64,000 bases of DNA from Eledone cirrhosa (taxonomy: Eukaryota). This document shows positions 24,571 to 38,772 of the stretch, one piece after another. The notes beneath the pieces were generated by a model, which saw only the letters and a list, made by a program, of their open reading frames with translations, did not search any database and was not told the DNA's origin. Numbering within the stretch: the first letter of the stretch is position 1; each line of letters begins with the position of its first letter. Both the position numbers and the translations under genes were made by a program. Location of the stretch: NCBI GenBank assembly GCA_964016885.1, contig OZ024763.1, forward strand, positions 1,736,001-1,800,000. Direction: 5' to 3'.

Positions 24571-25109
24571 AGAGAGAGAGACACACACACATATAGACAC
24601 ATACACATAGACATGCACACACATAAACAATACCTACACCTACCCACGAACACACACGCATACATACACACATATACACACATATATATATATATATATA
24701 TACACACATACATGCACACTCACACATATATATATATACATACATGCACACTCACACACACATAGGCACACCATGGTCAGATGGTTAAGAAGTTTACTTA
24801 GTCATGAGATCTAGGTTTCAGTCTCTGCGTGTGTCAGCTTGGTCAAGTGTCTTTTATTATAGGGCCCTGTTGCCCTCAACATTTGAAATTCTTGTAAAGC
24901 AGGATTAATAAACACCTAAATCTTGTCATGTTTCTTTCCTTGTTCAACATATCATCATCATCTTTTAACGTCCATTTTCCACACTAGCATGGGTAGCGCG
25001 GGCTGACCCTTTCAGAGAGAACCAGGTCAAAGGACCGTGTTTCATTCACCCAGGGCTGATTTTAGCTTGGTTTCTACAGCTGGTTGCCCTTCCTAATGCC
25101 AACAACATT

Positions 25110-26210
25110 TACATTGTGTGCTGGGTGCTTATAGTCGTGTCACTGACATGACCACTTTACAGTGTAGACTGGGCACTTTTTGTCGTGTCACCTACATCAC
25201 CACATTACAGAGTGGACTGGGTACTTATAGTCGTGTCACCGACATGACCACTTTACAGTGTGGACTGGGCACTTTTTGTCGTGTCACCTACATCACCACA
25301 TTACAGAGTGGACTGGGTACTTATAGTCATGTCACCGACATGACCACTTTACAGTGTGGACTGGGCACTTTTTGTCGTGTCACCTACATCACCACATTAC
25401 AGAGTGGACTGGGTACTTATAGTCGTGTCACCGACATGACCACTTTACAGTGTGGACTGGGCACTTTTTGTCGTGTCACCTACATCACCACATTACAGAG
25501 TGGACTGGGTACTTATAGTCGTGTCACCGACATGACCACTTTACAGTGTGGACTGGGCACTTTTTGTCGTGTCACCTACATCACCACATTACAGAGTGGA
25601 CTGGGTACTTATAGTCATGTCACCGACATGACCACTTTACAGTGTGGACTGGGCACTTTTTGTCGTGTCACCTACATCACCACATTACAGAGTGGACTGG
25701 GTACTTATAGTCGTGTCACCGACATGACCACTTTACAGTGTGGACTGGGCACTTTTTGTCGTGTCACCTACATCACCACATTACAGAGTGGACTGGGTAC
25801 TTATAGTCATGTCACCGACATGACCACTTTACAGTGTGGACTGGGCACTTTTTGTCGTGTCACCTACATCACCACATTACAGAGTGGACTGGGTACTTAT
25901 AGTCATGTCACCGACATGACCACTTTACAGTGTGGACTAGACACTTTTTGTCGTGTCACCAACATGACCACATTACAGAGTGGACTGGGTACTTATAGTC
26001 ATGTCACCGACATGACCACTTTACAGTGTGGACTAGACACTTTTTGTTGTCACCAACATGACCACATTACAGTGTAGACTGGGTGCTTATAGTCGTGTCA
26101 CCTACCAGATTACAGTGTGGACTGGGTACCTTTTGTCGTGTCACCTACATGACCACATTACAGTGTGGACTGGGCACCTTTTCTCTTGACACATACATGA
26201 CCACTATACA
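25110..26210. repeat. 48-bp minisatellite with alternating A/B monomers (96-bp higher-order unit)
   Basis: 32-aa period in ORF 25118-26077. Confidence 0.92.
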
Positions 26211-26574
26211 CTATATATATATATATCAAGATGATACCAGTTTTAAGCTATTAAGACCAACTCAGCAGATAATAGTCTAAATATATTAGTGTTGGGGCCT
26301 GATGGCTGGGCACTTGCTGTTTTGACAGAGCTCAGACATTGAGCCTTGACTTTCTATTACCCACACACACCCACACCGCACCACACACACACACACATAC
26401 GGGATGACATAGGAATGATAAGATGAGCTGTCATAGATATATTGCAAAACAGCAGAGGAAGTATAATAAAAGAGGAAGTATAATGGCTTCTAATTTTAGT
26501 CAATACGGTCAACAATTTAAAAATATTAAAAAAAAAAAAAAAAAATGTAAATAAAATAGTTTCCAGTCACTGAC

Positions 26575-26803
26575 CATCGGAAAGTTTGAAACCAATCTTT
26601 GGCAATAAATTAAACAGATCCAGTTGTCGCCTCTTTAATCCATAGCGATTTAACCATCGTGTTGAACTAACCAGTTCTTTGACTTCATTAGGGAGATTGT
26701 AAATTTCACGGTGAATTTGTGAAGGAGCACATCCAAATATATTAATTCTTCCATCAATGTCTTCATATTCTTCAGATTTGGATTTCATTGTTTTTACATC
26801 GGT
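26575..26803 (-). CDS. VWA3B: VWA3B-like gene, first homology-supported coding exon (TDVKTMKSKSEE...LVSSTRWLNRYGLKRRQLDLFNLLPKIGFKLSD); in-frame ATG at 26788
   Basis: tttcag acceptor, G|gtcagt donor (phase 1). Peptide resembles recalled human VWA3B LISSEKWLQLHGLKSNKLTLKQILSQIGF. Confidence 0.85.
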
Positions 26804-27040
26804 CTGAAATAGATTGAAATTTTTGGCTGATATTTCTTATCCAAGAATCTCCCCAACATTTTTTCAGATTATTTTATTTAGTGGGATGGTAACAAAAGGG
26901 TTAATTACTTTGGTACCAACTTGCTATAACCACCACCACTTGCCCACTGGCTTATTTCATGATATAGATTCGCTCATTTTAACCTTTTTAATACCAAAGA
27001 ACCCAAAACAGCCCCTTGATTCTATGAAAAACTGTTTAAC

Positions 27041-27813
27041 CGTTTAGCATTTAAACTGGCCATATCTGGCCAGAATTCTCTCACTATTTTCAGTTCAAAC
27101 CAGCTGTAACCAGCCCCTCACTCTGATGTTAAGGTATTGTTCTCAAAATAAATATCAAAATCTGATGGAGTCGATATTATGTAAGGTAAAGCCTTTACCA
27201 TGAAAATACAATAGTATATATAGAGTAATGTAAATGTTATGTGAGATATTATGTGAGGTAAAGCCTTTACCATGAAAATACAATAGTATATATAGAGTAA
27301 TGTAAATGTTATGTGAGATATTATGTGAGGTAAAGCCTTTACCATGAAAATACAATAGTATATATAGAGTAATGTAAATGTTGTGAGATATTATGTGAGG
27401 TAAAGCCTTTACCATGAAAATACAATAGTATATATAGAGTAATGTAAATGTTATGTGAGATATTATGTTAGGTAAAGCCTTTACCATGAAAATACAATAG
27501 TATATATAGAGTAATGTAAATGTTGTGTGAGATATTATGTGAGGTAAAGCTTTTGCTGTGAAAATACAATAGTATATATAGAGTAATGTAAATGTTATGT
27601 GAGATATTATGTAAGGTAAAGCCTTTACCATGAAAATACAATAGTATATATAGAGTAATGTAAATGTTATGTGAGATATTATGTGAGGTAAAGCCTTTAC
27701 TGTGAAAATACAATAGTATATATAGAGTAATGTAAATGTTATGAGATATTATGAGGTAAAGCCTTTACCATGAAAATACAATAGTATATATAGAGTAATG
27801 TAAATGTTAAAGG
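27041..27813. mobile_element. piggyBac-type MITE expanded by ~9 x 72-bp units
   Basis: Same family with degenerate TIRs; gives the spurious MVKALPHIISHIT ORFs. Confidence 0.8.
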
Positions 27814-28210
27814 ATTAATTTACAAAACCTTCCATCATAAGAACCATTGAGCCTAACTTCCCAACAAAGTGACCTCGGAGAGATTAGAACTAGAGCACAG
27901 GAAGTCAGAATCATTCTATCTAACACCCTAATGATTTTGTCAGTTCTCCACATTCTTAATAGATATTTAACCCTTTAGTATATTTAAACCAGCCATATCC
28001 AGCCAGAATTCTCACACCTGTTTCTGTTCAAACCGGCCATAACTGGTCTGTTAAGTCTGTCTCAAAATGCATCCAGCTGTAGAAACTATGATAAAATGGA
28101 CCGTATGTCAGATGCACTCATCTGACATGTCTGGTCTCAGAACGGAACAACCTGTCTAACCGAGGCAAGCATGGAAAATAGACATAAAACGGTGATAATG
28201 ATATATTATA

Positions 28211-28560
28211 TCATCATCATCATCATCATCACCACCATTTTACGTCCGCTTTTCCCTGCTTGCAAGGGTGGGATGGGAACTGATTCTGGCTTCATTTCTA
28301 CAGCTGGATGCCCTTCCTAACACCAACCTCATTTACAGTGAGTGCTGGGTGCTTTTTTGCTGTGGCGCCTCGATGACCACTTTGCAGTGGAATGATATGG
28401 ACCCCAGTCCCTATCATCTCATTTCTACAGCTGAGTAAACTGGAGCAATGTGAAATAAAGTGTCTTGCTCAAGGAAACAACACATCACTCGGTCTGAGAA
28501 TTGAACTCACAACCTTTCGATTGCAAGGCCAATGCTCTAACCACTAAGCCATGTGCCTCC
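28211..28560 (-). mobile_element. SINE family A, full length
   Basis: Reverse complement of 4212-4556. Confidence 0.88.
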
Positions 28561-29319
28561 ATATATATATATATTATTTACAGGGCGCGGTTATAATGAC
28601 CTGGCTGATTACATCAGATCAATAATAGTGTACTTGTGTTAATGTAAACAGGCAACATTTCAATCATTTAATGTAAATATTATATAAACTTAAGCAAATT
28701 GGCAGAATCGTTAGAATGTCGGATAGTGCTTCATGGTATTTGTTTTGGCTCTCTGAATTCAAATCTTGCTGAGATCAACTTTGTTTTTCAACCATTTGAG
28801 GTCAATAAAAGAAGAACCAGTCAAGTACAAAGGAGTTTAGAGCCTTTGTTATGATATCTTGTCGAGTGGCGAATTGGCAGAGATGTTAGAACGTCAGAAT
28901 TCTTAGTAATATTCGTTTAAGCTCTCTGATCTCTGAGTTCGAAGCCCACCGAGGTCAACTTTGCCTTTCATCCATTCGAGGTTGATAAATATATACCAGC
29001 CTAATACTGGGGTCAATTCTTCCTCGACATCTCTTTCTCTCTTCCATTCTCTCTCTATCCTTCTCATGAAGAAATCTTCTGTATTCAGACCGGGAGAAGA
29101 GATAGGCTCTGCCAGGTTTTAAAAATGTCCTAGAAATGCCATATATCAATACAGTGCCCCTAAGACTCCCTCAGCAATTATGGGACCATCCATTATGTAA
29201 ACATAATCAATTGCCTATGTATTTTAGGAATAAAGTTTAATATCTCTACAGTTTCTTTTTAGCTTCTTCTTTCTTGAAGGAAGCTAATTATAGCCCACCC
29301 TAAATATTTTCACATTTAA

Positions 29320-29527
29320 CCCTTTAGCATTTACATTACTCAATATTTACTATTGTATTTTCATGTTAAAGGCTTCACCTCACATAACATCGAATCTATG
29401 AGATTTTCATATTATTTATTTTGAGAACAATACCTTAACGTCAGTAAGAATGGCCGGTTACTGCCAGTTTGAACAGAAAAAGGTGAGAGAATTCTGGCCA
29501 GATACGGCAGGTTTAAATGCTAAAGGG
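29320..29527. mobile_element. piggyBac-type MITE
   Basis: TIR ccctttagcattta / taaatgctaaaggg; TTAA on the left and TGAA on the right; non-coding, ~210 bp. Confidence 0.82.
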
Positions 29528-31034
29528 TGAATCAGAAGTTCAATTCTTTCCATATAATGATTTCAGTTTCATTGGAATTGAGTTAACAAAGACCTGCTCC
29601 AGAAATCATGAAAGCACCAACCTGAATGAAATACATTATATTTAAACACAAGACAATTCATGCATGATTTTACTAAAAAAAAAAATTATGTTTTTCACAG
29701 AATTTAACGGCATATTTCACGAGATTGCTGAATATTGATTATTTTTATGAATTCCCAATAAATTGAACATGTTAGCTTTGCGTCCCTATAAATCTGATAC
29801 ATTATCTGTAGGAGGAGATGAGGTATGAGACGATGTATGGTTTTAATACTTTCTTTGCAATCAATACAAGATCACAGACTTGTTTACTCTAGTATTCACA
29901 TTTCAGAAGAACATCTTCCCTCTATATATGGACATCTTCTTTTCCTCCTTCTCCTCCTCTGCCTTATCTTTCTTTTCCTTTTTTTTCCTTCCTTTCCCCT
30001 TCTCCTTTTCCTCCACCTCCTCCTTCTCCATTTCCCCTTTCTTCTCCACCTCCTTTTCCTTCTTCCTTTCCTTCTTTTCCTTCTCCTTCTCCCCCTCCTC
30101 TCCCCCTTTTCTCACGCCCCCCTTCTCCTCCCTGTAGCTCCTTTCACAGCAACACAACACAACACAACTCTCCATTCAGCCATTTAAGTATGTAGGTGTC
30201 AAGATAAATATGATAGACCACCAGTATTTAGTACATTCCCACAGAGGGCAGCACTGTCAATTCAGATTGCAAAGAGTTGGAACCGACACCACAAAAACAC
30301 CTTGCCCAATACTCTAACAATTCCACCAATACCCCCCACCCCTCACCCCACCCCTGAACCAGAACATACCTGGTGCTTAAAAATGTTATCAACCCTGATA
30401 AAATAGAAAGCAAAGTTTACCTTGGTGGGATTTGAACTCATGACTACAGAGAACTACAAAACATCTTGCCCAATACTCTAACAATTTCAGGAATTTACCA
30501 TTCTTTGAACTGAACTAGTATTTTATTTTATCACAACTCCAATAAAATGGAAGGTAAAGGTTTACCTGAGTGGGATTTGAACTCATGACTGCAGAGAATG
30601 AGAACAGATATTGCAAATCATTTAATCTGATATTCTAAAGGTTCTGTTAATCTGCTGCCTTTATATAAATGGAAGACCCTTTGACTTTTTTTTTAGACAT
30701 CATCATCATTTTAACGTCCACTTTCCCTGTTAGCAAGGGTTGGATGGGTCTATTCAGACCAAGTCAGTACTGAAGTGAGACTGCTGATCTTCTGGACATG
30801 CCAGGGATCTGCATCGCAGATGTACAGTCATGTACAGTCTCACATTCCACCAAGTGCACATGAGATTGTCATGTCTTTGACCCAACTGAGGGTCCTACCA
30901 ACCCTTTATTTGGCAAGCTTTCTATGGCTGGGTGCCCTTCCTACCACCAATCACTTTACAGCATGTGCTGTGTGTGTTTATCATGTAGGTAACCAGCAGT
31001 AGGGAGGTCGCTGTCATGTCCTTAAAACATGTCC

Positions 31035-31737
31035 TTAACTCTAACCCTTAACTTTAACCCTAACCCTTAACTCTAACCCTTAACTCTAACCCTTAACTCT
31101 AACCCTTAACTCTAACCCTTAACTCTAACCCTTAACTCTAACCTTTAACATTAACCTTTAACATTAACCTTTAACATTAACCTTTAACATTAACCTTTAA
31201 CATTAACCTTTAACATTAACCCTTAACTCTAACCCTTAACTCTAACCCTTAACTCTAACCCTTAACTCTAACCCTTAACTCTAACCCTTAACTCTAACCC
31301 TTAACTCTAACCCTTAACTCTAACTCTAACCCTTAACTCTAACTCTAACCCTTAACTCTAACTCTAACCCTTAACTCTAACTCTAACCCTTAACTCTAAC
31401 TCTAACTCTAACCCTTAACTCTAACCCTTAACTCTAACCCTTAACTCTAACCCTTAACTCTAACCCTTAACTCTAACCCTTAACTCTAATCCTTAACTCT
31501 AACCCTTAACTCTAATCTCCTTAACTCTAACCCTTAACTCTAACCCTTAACTCTAACCCTTAACTCTAACCCTTAACTCTAACCCTTAACTCTAACCCTT
31601 AACTCTAACCCTTAACTCTAACCCTTAACTCTAATCCTTAACTCTAATCTCCTTAACTCTAATCTCCTTAACTCTAACCCTTAACTCTAATCTCCTTAAC
31701 TCTAACCCTTAACTCTAACCCTTAACTCTAACCCTAA
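31035..31737. repeat. Telomere-like 13-bp satellite (taactctaaccct)n with an internal (taacattaacctt)n block
   Basis: Direct reading. Confidence 0.92.
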
Positions 31738-33470
31738 CAAACATTAAACCAAACCTGGTCTCTGACCTACTCCTAACAAACTCTAACCCTAACAAGCCCT
31801 ATTCCTAACCTTGTGCCAAGCAACCTGTTCAGAAAAAGGGGTGAAAATGTGAGAAAATAATCTGAAACCTCTGAAATTAAACCAGAACCAATCAAGAGAT
31901 TTCAAATTAAGAGTGAACCTATCATGGAAACTAGAAGAATGAAGATAGATATTCTTTAAGAATGAACAGTGTAATGTTTGTATGGACCCTATGACTTTTA
32001 ATAGGGATGTAAGGGACACTGTTGGGATATATGGCACCTCTTGGACATTATAAACCTGGTATAACCCATCCCCTATACAGGACTGATCACAACTGACTTC
32101 TCCCAAAGAAGGAGAGAGAGAGAGAGAGAAAGTGGAAAAGAAAGAAAAGAAATCAACCTCAGTATTGGACTGGTACTTTTTTTTTTAATTGACTTTGAAG
32201 AGATGAAAGGTAGATAGTCGGATGCCATGCTTTGCAGCATAGTTACGCCCCTTTACGTTCTGAGTTCAAATTCCGCCGAGGTTAACTTTGTCTCCCGTCC
32301 TTACGGGGTCGATAAAATAAAGTACCAGTCACGCTCTGGGGTCATTTTAATCGACTTTCTCCTCCCCCAAAATTGCTGACCTTGTGCCTCTATAAGAAAC
32401 CATTGTTGTATTTTCACAGAAAACGCTTTATCTTACATAATTATTTCACATAATATCAAATCTACGATAAGTATAAGTGACCAGTTACGACTAGTTTGAA
32501 CAGAAAGAGGTGAGAGAATTCTGGCCGGATATGGCCGGTTTAAATGCTAAAAGGGTTAAGATAATGACCAACTCTTTGAGATCTCCCATCTAAAAAACTA
32601 TGGGATTTGTGAAAACAAAACCCTTTTAAATTCACAAACGATAACAATCAGGAGCTACTTTAACCCTTTAACAGTCACATTACTCTATATTTATTATTGT
32701 ATTTTCACAGAAAAGGCTTTATCTCACATAATTATTGGTCGTCAAGTATGATATTTGTAGATATTTCTAGAAAAAAAACAACAAATTTCTACAAATTTCA
32801 TTGTTGATGACCCAATATCTCACATAATATCGAATCTACAATAAGTATGCATGACCAGTTATGACTAATTTGAACAGAAAGAGGTGAGAGAATTCTGGCC
32901 AGATATGGCTGGTTTGAACAGAAAGAGGTGAGAGAATTCTGGCCGGATATGGCTGGTTTAAATGCTCACCAGTTGATCCTTTGAAATCTAAAACTCTATG
33001 GAATCTGTTAAAATAACCCTTTTAAATTCCCAAGCGAAAAAGATCCAATTACTTGGCCCTTAATAAATTGATAAAAAAGGTTAGACATGCAATCTCTGGA
33101 GCCACTTAAATACTGTGAGATAACCCTCAGTGGTATTATTTCTTATGTTGATAACCTTAACCCTTTTCATACCAAACCACCTGAAACCACTTTGGGTTCT
33201 CTCATACACAACTGTTTATTTTTACACGCACACCTATATATGTGTGTTTGTGTATATATGTATATATATGTATATATATATATATATATACACACATTTA
33301 TATATATACTTATACATACACACATATATACATACTTATACACACACACATACACACATATGCATATAGGTGTGTGTGTATATGTATATATATATATACA
33401 TACATACTTGTACATACACAGATATATATACACACACACGCACGTGTGTATATATATATATATAAATACT

Positions 33471-33530
<60 letters not shown>

Positions 33531-34394
33531 CGCACACAAGTGTGTGTGTGTATATATATATATATACATACTTATACACACACATACACACTCACATATT
33601 TCTACACACACATGCATCTATTTATTTACTCCTTGCATGTTTATGACAGATTTTATAGGAGCATATGTCTGTACATGTTTATATTAGTGTGTACACAACA
33701 ATAAAACATTCAATAATTGTCTAACTCAGTAAGGCAGCTGTTGATATGTTTGTGTTAGAAACCCTTCCACCCTTCTTCACCCATCCACCCCTCTTCTACC
33801 CTGCAATAGCCCCACCCACCACCCCTGCACTACCCTCACACACCCCGCACTACCCCACACTCCCAGCACTCCTCCTCCAACAACAACAACAAACAAACAA
33901 CACTAAATAAAACTAATAAAAGCCAAAACAAGAAAAATGTTATGAAAACATGGAAATGAGAGGTATAACAATGTTTGACTTTGTCTGGAAGAGGAGGAAA
34001 AGAAAGAAGGTAAAGATGAAGAGGAAAGTAGATGGTGAAGAAGATGGAAATGAAGAGGAAAGTAGATGGTGAAGAAGATGGAAATAAAGAAGAAAGATAA
34101 AGGTGAAGAGGAAAGCAAAGACAAAGGTGAAGAAGGCAAAGATGCCGCCGAAAGTGAAGACGAAAGCAAAGAAAATGGAGATGAAGAAGGTAAAGAGGTA
34201 AGCAAAGAAGACAATGAAGGGGAAGAGGAAAGCAAAGAAAACAATGAAGGGGAAGAAGAAAGCAAAGAAGAAGGCAAAGGACAAGTGGAAAAAAGGAGGC
34301 AGAAGATGAAGATGGTTATATTTTGTGTATTTATATATTTCTTGACATTCTGATGGTTTTATGGCTTAGATTAACAATTTATAAATATTTTTTT

Positions 34395-34815
34395 CATCAT
34401 CATACGACAGACAGCTTTTCCCTGCTTGCAAGGGTGGGACGGGTCATATTCAGCACAGCATCTCTCCACTTGTCACGGTCCTTCGTCATCTCCTCTGCGA
34501 GCTTCAGTGATCTGAGGTCTGCTCTCACCACCTCCGCCCATGTTTTTCGTGGTCTTCCTCTACTGCGTCTTCCTACAACTGGCATTTCCTGGCACTTCTT
34601 CACCCATCGGTCATCCTCCATGCGCATCACATGTCGATACCATCGCAGTCTTCTCTCCCGCACACTACAATTTATCCCTCAGACACAGTTTCTCTTTCAA
34701 CACATCCATGCTTGGTCATTCACCCACATTGACATTGCACATCCAACGGAGCATACTTGCTTCATTTCTTTCCAACCGTCGCATATCCTCTGCAGTTGCT
34801 GCCCATGTCTCACTT
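34395..34815 (-). mobile_element. RTE LINE 3' fragment, same subfamily as 19763
   Basis: RERRLRWYRHVMRMEDDRWVKKCQE...GRPRKTW. Confidence 0.88.
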
Positions 34816-36142
34816 TATTATTATTTATATATATTGGTGAATTGGCAGTATCGGTAGAGGGTCGGACGCCATGCTTTGACGCATAGAGTTACGGCCCTTG
34901 CCATTCTGAGTTCAAATCCCGCCGAGGTTAACTTTGCCTTTCATCCTTACGGGGTCGATAAAATAAAGTACCAGTAATGTACTGGATAATTGCTGGCCTT
35001 GTGCCAATAGTAGAAACAATTATTATTTTTATATATATTTTTATTTTACTTGTCTCAGTCATTAAACTGTGGCCATGCCGGGGCTTCACTCTGAAGGAAT
35101 TCTATTTTTTTCATTTGATCATTAGGCTGAAGATGGCAAATTAGCAGAGTCATTAGAACGTCGGAGAGAATACTTTGTAATATTCGTTTTGGCTTTCTGC
35201 TCTCTGAGTTCAAATCCCACCAAGGTCAACTTTGCCTTTCATCCATTCAAAGTTGATAAAAAAAAAAGTACCAGTCTTGTACTGGGGTCGATTCTTCGTC
35301 TATATCTCTTTCTCACTTCCGTTCCTTCAGTCTGTATCCTTCTCTGGAAGAAATCTGCTGTATTCAAACCTGGAGAGGAGATGGGGCTCTGTCAGGTTTT
35401 AAAATCCCCTAGAAACACTCTATATCAATACAGTGCCCTACAATTCCCTCAGTTATGGGACCATGCATGACTTAGACTGTGGCCATGCTGTGGCTCCACT
35501 CTGAAGGAATTTTCTTTTCTTTTAGTTGGTCATTAGATGATGGCTATTATAAAGTTCCCTCCATTTTAAAGGAACCTTCTTATTTTAATTGATCATTACT
35601 GTGGTCTTATTGGGGCTCTCTTACCCCCCACAACCACCACCACTACCACCTACACCACCACCACACACTAGTAATATCCCAACCCAAACCATCAAGATAC
35701 TCATAGTTACTGTTAGGTCATTCCTCATGATATCAGATTCAATTTAATTACTAACAAATCTAAAGGCAACGAAATATATTTTGACATTCAATTGTAGAAA
35801 TACAATAGCAGACCTTCTCCCCTTTAACTGAAATATAATTTCTGCCTCAGGTCATTCTGCTTTTTTGACTATTTCCAAGTATATTTCTGTTCAATTCTAA
35901 CCATAAATCCAATTCTAGAGACAAAAATCACACATTTAACTGCAAGGACCACCACAGATACTATTTCATTCTGTTCTCGTATTTCAATAGGAAAAGTTGT
36001 ATTTTTTTGTAGTAGTTGTTTGTTTTTCCCCCCTAAATTCTTTTCTCTTTAGATATTATTTCAGACCTACGTTCCTTCTTAAAAGCTCTCCTACACACAC
36101 TGTCGAAATTACATGCATAGTACTTACCATTTGTTTATATAT

Positions 36143-36440
36143 ATCATCATCATCATCATCATCATCATTTTACGTCCGCTTTTCCCTGCTTGCAAGGGTG
36201 AGACGGGAACTGATTCTGGCTTGATTTCTACAGCTGGATGCCCTTCCTAACACCAACCTCATTTACAGTGAGTGCTGGGTGCTTTTTTGCCGTGGCACCT
36301 CCACGACCACTTTACAGTGGAATGATAGGGACCCCAGTCCCTATCATCTCATTTCTACAGCTGAGTAAACTGGAGCAATGTGAAATAAAGTGTCTTGCTC
36401 AAGGAAGACACTTTATTTCACATTGCTCCAGTTTACTCAG

Positions 36441-36443
<3 letters not shown>
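36143..36443 (-). mobile_element. SINE family A, 5'-truncated with a short terminal inversion
   Basis: Matches family A; the segment cagctgagtaaactggagcaatgtgaaataaagtgtctt is repeated inverted at about 36406-36443. Confidence 0.8.
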
Positions 36444-36499
<56 letters not shown>

Positions 36500-36548
36500 A
36501 ATAAAATAACAAGGACAATTGGTTACTCCTTCATTACGTTTATTGGTT

Positions 36549-36633
36549 GGTGACACGTGTTTCGCCACTGATCAGCTCAAGGTTTGATCTGTATCGATCT
36601 GACCTGACTCTGTAATCCGTGGCTTGTCAGACC
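36549..36633 (-). ncRNA. Type I hammerhead motif (G8A core variant)
   Basis: GGU-CUGACAA-GCCAC...GUGGC-GAAA-CACGUG-UC-ACC, then AAUAAA. Confidence 0.65.
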
Positions 36634-36845
36634 CCTTGTAATGGTAATGGAAAAAAAAAATCGTCCTTGTTATTTTATTTCACTATAATACACTCTGTCT
36701 AGCTCTACACCTCGACACTGAAGTGAACCTAAACATCGAATGCTCACCCGGATGAACCTACAGTAACTCCAAGTTACACTCCCTAGATATATATATAGTA
36801 ATAATAAATGTGAAGACTAAAATCCAAAGAGGGCTCGATAAGGAT

Positions 36846-36877
<32 letters not shown>

Positions 36878-37013
36878 AAACCCGTAGAGCAAATATATAT
36901 TATAACAACAGATTAAAGTTTAAGCAAAGAACTGCTGCTTTCACCCTTAACGGGATCTTCAGAAGATCCTGTTAAGGGTGAAAGCAGCGATTCTTTGCTT
37001 AAACTTTAATCTG

Positions 37014-37056
<43 letters not shown>

Positions 37057-37711
37057 AACATTTTAATATAGAAATGGCTTCTACATGGTTAGAACTGCTT
37101 CATTCAAAGGAATAAATCAGTTCTAGTCCTGTAGAAGCCATTTCTATATTAAATTTGTTGTATACACTCTACTAATGTATTGAGTACCTTGTTTACTGTG
37201 GTTACCTCCGATTGAATCTGGGACTCATGTGTGTATGTATGTATATATAATAATAATAATAGTAATAAACGAAAGATAACTATAACATCACTATTTATTT
37301 CATTATATATATATTTCGAGGATACAAAAATTTGTTTGACATAAATTATAACATGCCTTCTTCAGCTAAAATACATGAGATGTATAAAATGTTTGATGAC
37401 ATACTCACAAGAGTGACCTTAACAGATCAATTACAAATGGGTATGTGATGTTATAGAGTTATATCTTTTGTTTATTACTATTATTATCATCATAATACTC
37501 CAGATAAATGTTATGTTGTGTGCTTTGTATCTATTACAAACATAACTCAGTTGATTACATATCAACGGAGTCTTTAACTCATTTATATATATATATAAAT
37601 ATATGCATATATATATCTATCTATCTAGGGAGGGTAAAATTCCCGAGATCCATGGACGAGTTCTCTCCAGCGGTCTCTGTCCCTCATTATCGCTGCCATG
37701 TTCTGCGTCTC

Positions 37712-38035
37712 CAACAGTAGTGGAGTCTGTGCTGTACAGGTCTGAGACTTGGACACTGACCAAGAAACTCACTCAGATGGTGGATGGGTGCTACACGAGA
37801 ATGCTGAGAATGGCTCTGAACATTAATCAGTATACACTGAGGATGAAAAACTCAGAGCTGTATGGGAGCATCCCAAAAGTCAGCTCAAAAGTGACACAGA
37901 GGAGACAGGTTGGCTGGACATGCTCACCGACATCCAGAGTTGACATTGCACTCAGTGCTCCTGTGGGAGCCCCTACATGGACACACTAGAAGAGGAAGAC
38001 CAAGGTTAACGTATGTTGATGCCCTAAGGACAGAC
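37712..38035 (+). mobile_element. RTE/RTE-X-like LINE C-terminal fragment
   Basis: VESVLYRSETWTLT...YTRMLRMALNI; LAGH..RHPE...LLWEP.HG..RRGRPRLTYVD. Confidence 0.8.
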
Positions 38036-38413
38036 ATATATATATATATATACATAGGAAAATGTATGACCCCGACGGCAGAGCTCAAGCCGTTTCGACG
38101 GCTATTTCTAGACTATTTCTAGTCCAGAAAAAGCACCCAGCACTCACTGTAGACATCCAGCTGTAGAAATCAAGCCAGAATCAGTTCCCATCCCACCCTT
38201 ACCAGCAGTAAAATGATGATGATATATATAAATTTCTGCACAACTCCATATGGGCTTCACTAATATTTACTGTTCTCTGTGATGTATACTCCAACTTGGT
38301 CTACCAAAACTAATCTTAGATTAGTACAGGTCATTGAGTGCTTTATTATATTAGCCTCACGGTTAACAGATTAGTGCATGGATAGTACAACTCTAGTCGG
38401 TTAACACGTTATC

Positions 38414-38450
<37 letters not shown>

Positions 38451-38571
38451 AGGTGAGTTTTATTGTAGTACAATAAAGCAATGCAGATATCGGATAAGAA
38501 GCACTCTACAATTTGTAGGACTGGAGTATACATAATATAAGATCAAAAGATGGTTAAAGGAGTTCCATGTA

Positions 38572-38638
38572 TTTTATTATGCACATTTCAAAAACAAACA
38601 TCATCATGCAATAATATTTGTGTTTTCATCAGATAAAA
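38572..38638 (-). ncRNA. Type I hammerhead motif, inverted twin of 38706-38772
   Basis: Same sequence except stem III UGUGCA. Confidence 0.7.
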
Positions 38639-38705
38639 CAGGAGAACATGATATGAAGGCTAAAAAACACTGGTGGATGGTTCAGTTTTAAATCAACATA
38701 TCCTG

Positions 38706-38772
38706 TTTTATCTGATGAAAACACAAATATTATTGCATGATGATGTTTGTTTTTGAAATGCGCATAATAAAA
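38706..38772 (+). ncRNA. Type I hammerhead ribozyme motif
   Basis: UUUUAU-CUGAUGA-long stem II hairpin-GAAA-UGCGCA-UA-AUAAAA; 6-bp stem I, palindromic stem III. Confidence 0.75.

Noticed and set aside
25118-26077. 319-aa repetitive ORF; CRISPR-like periodicity
   Set aside because: SINE-derived minisatellite with no unique spacers or cas genes; eukaryotic context.
31035-31737. True telomere
   Set aside because: Internal location and non-canonical 13-bp unit.
34066-34353. Glu/Lys-rich ORF
   Set aside because: GAA-rich low-complexity tract; no convincing splice sites.
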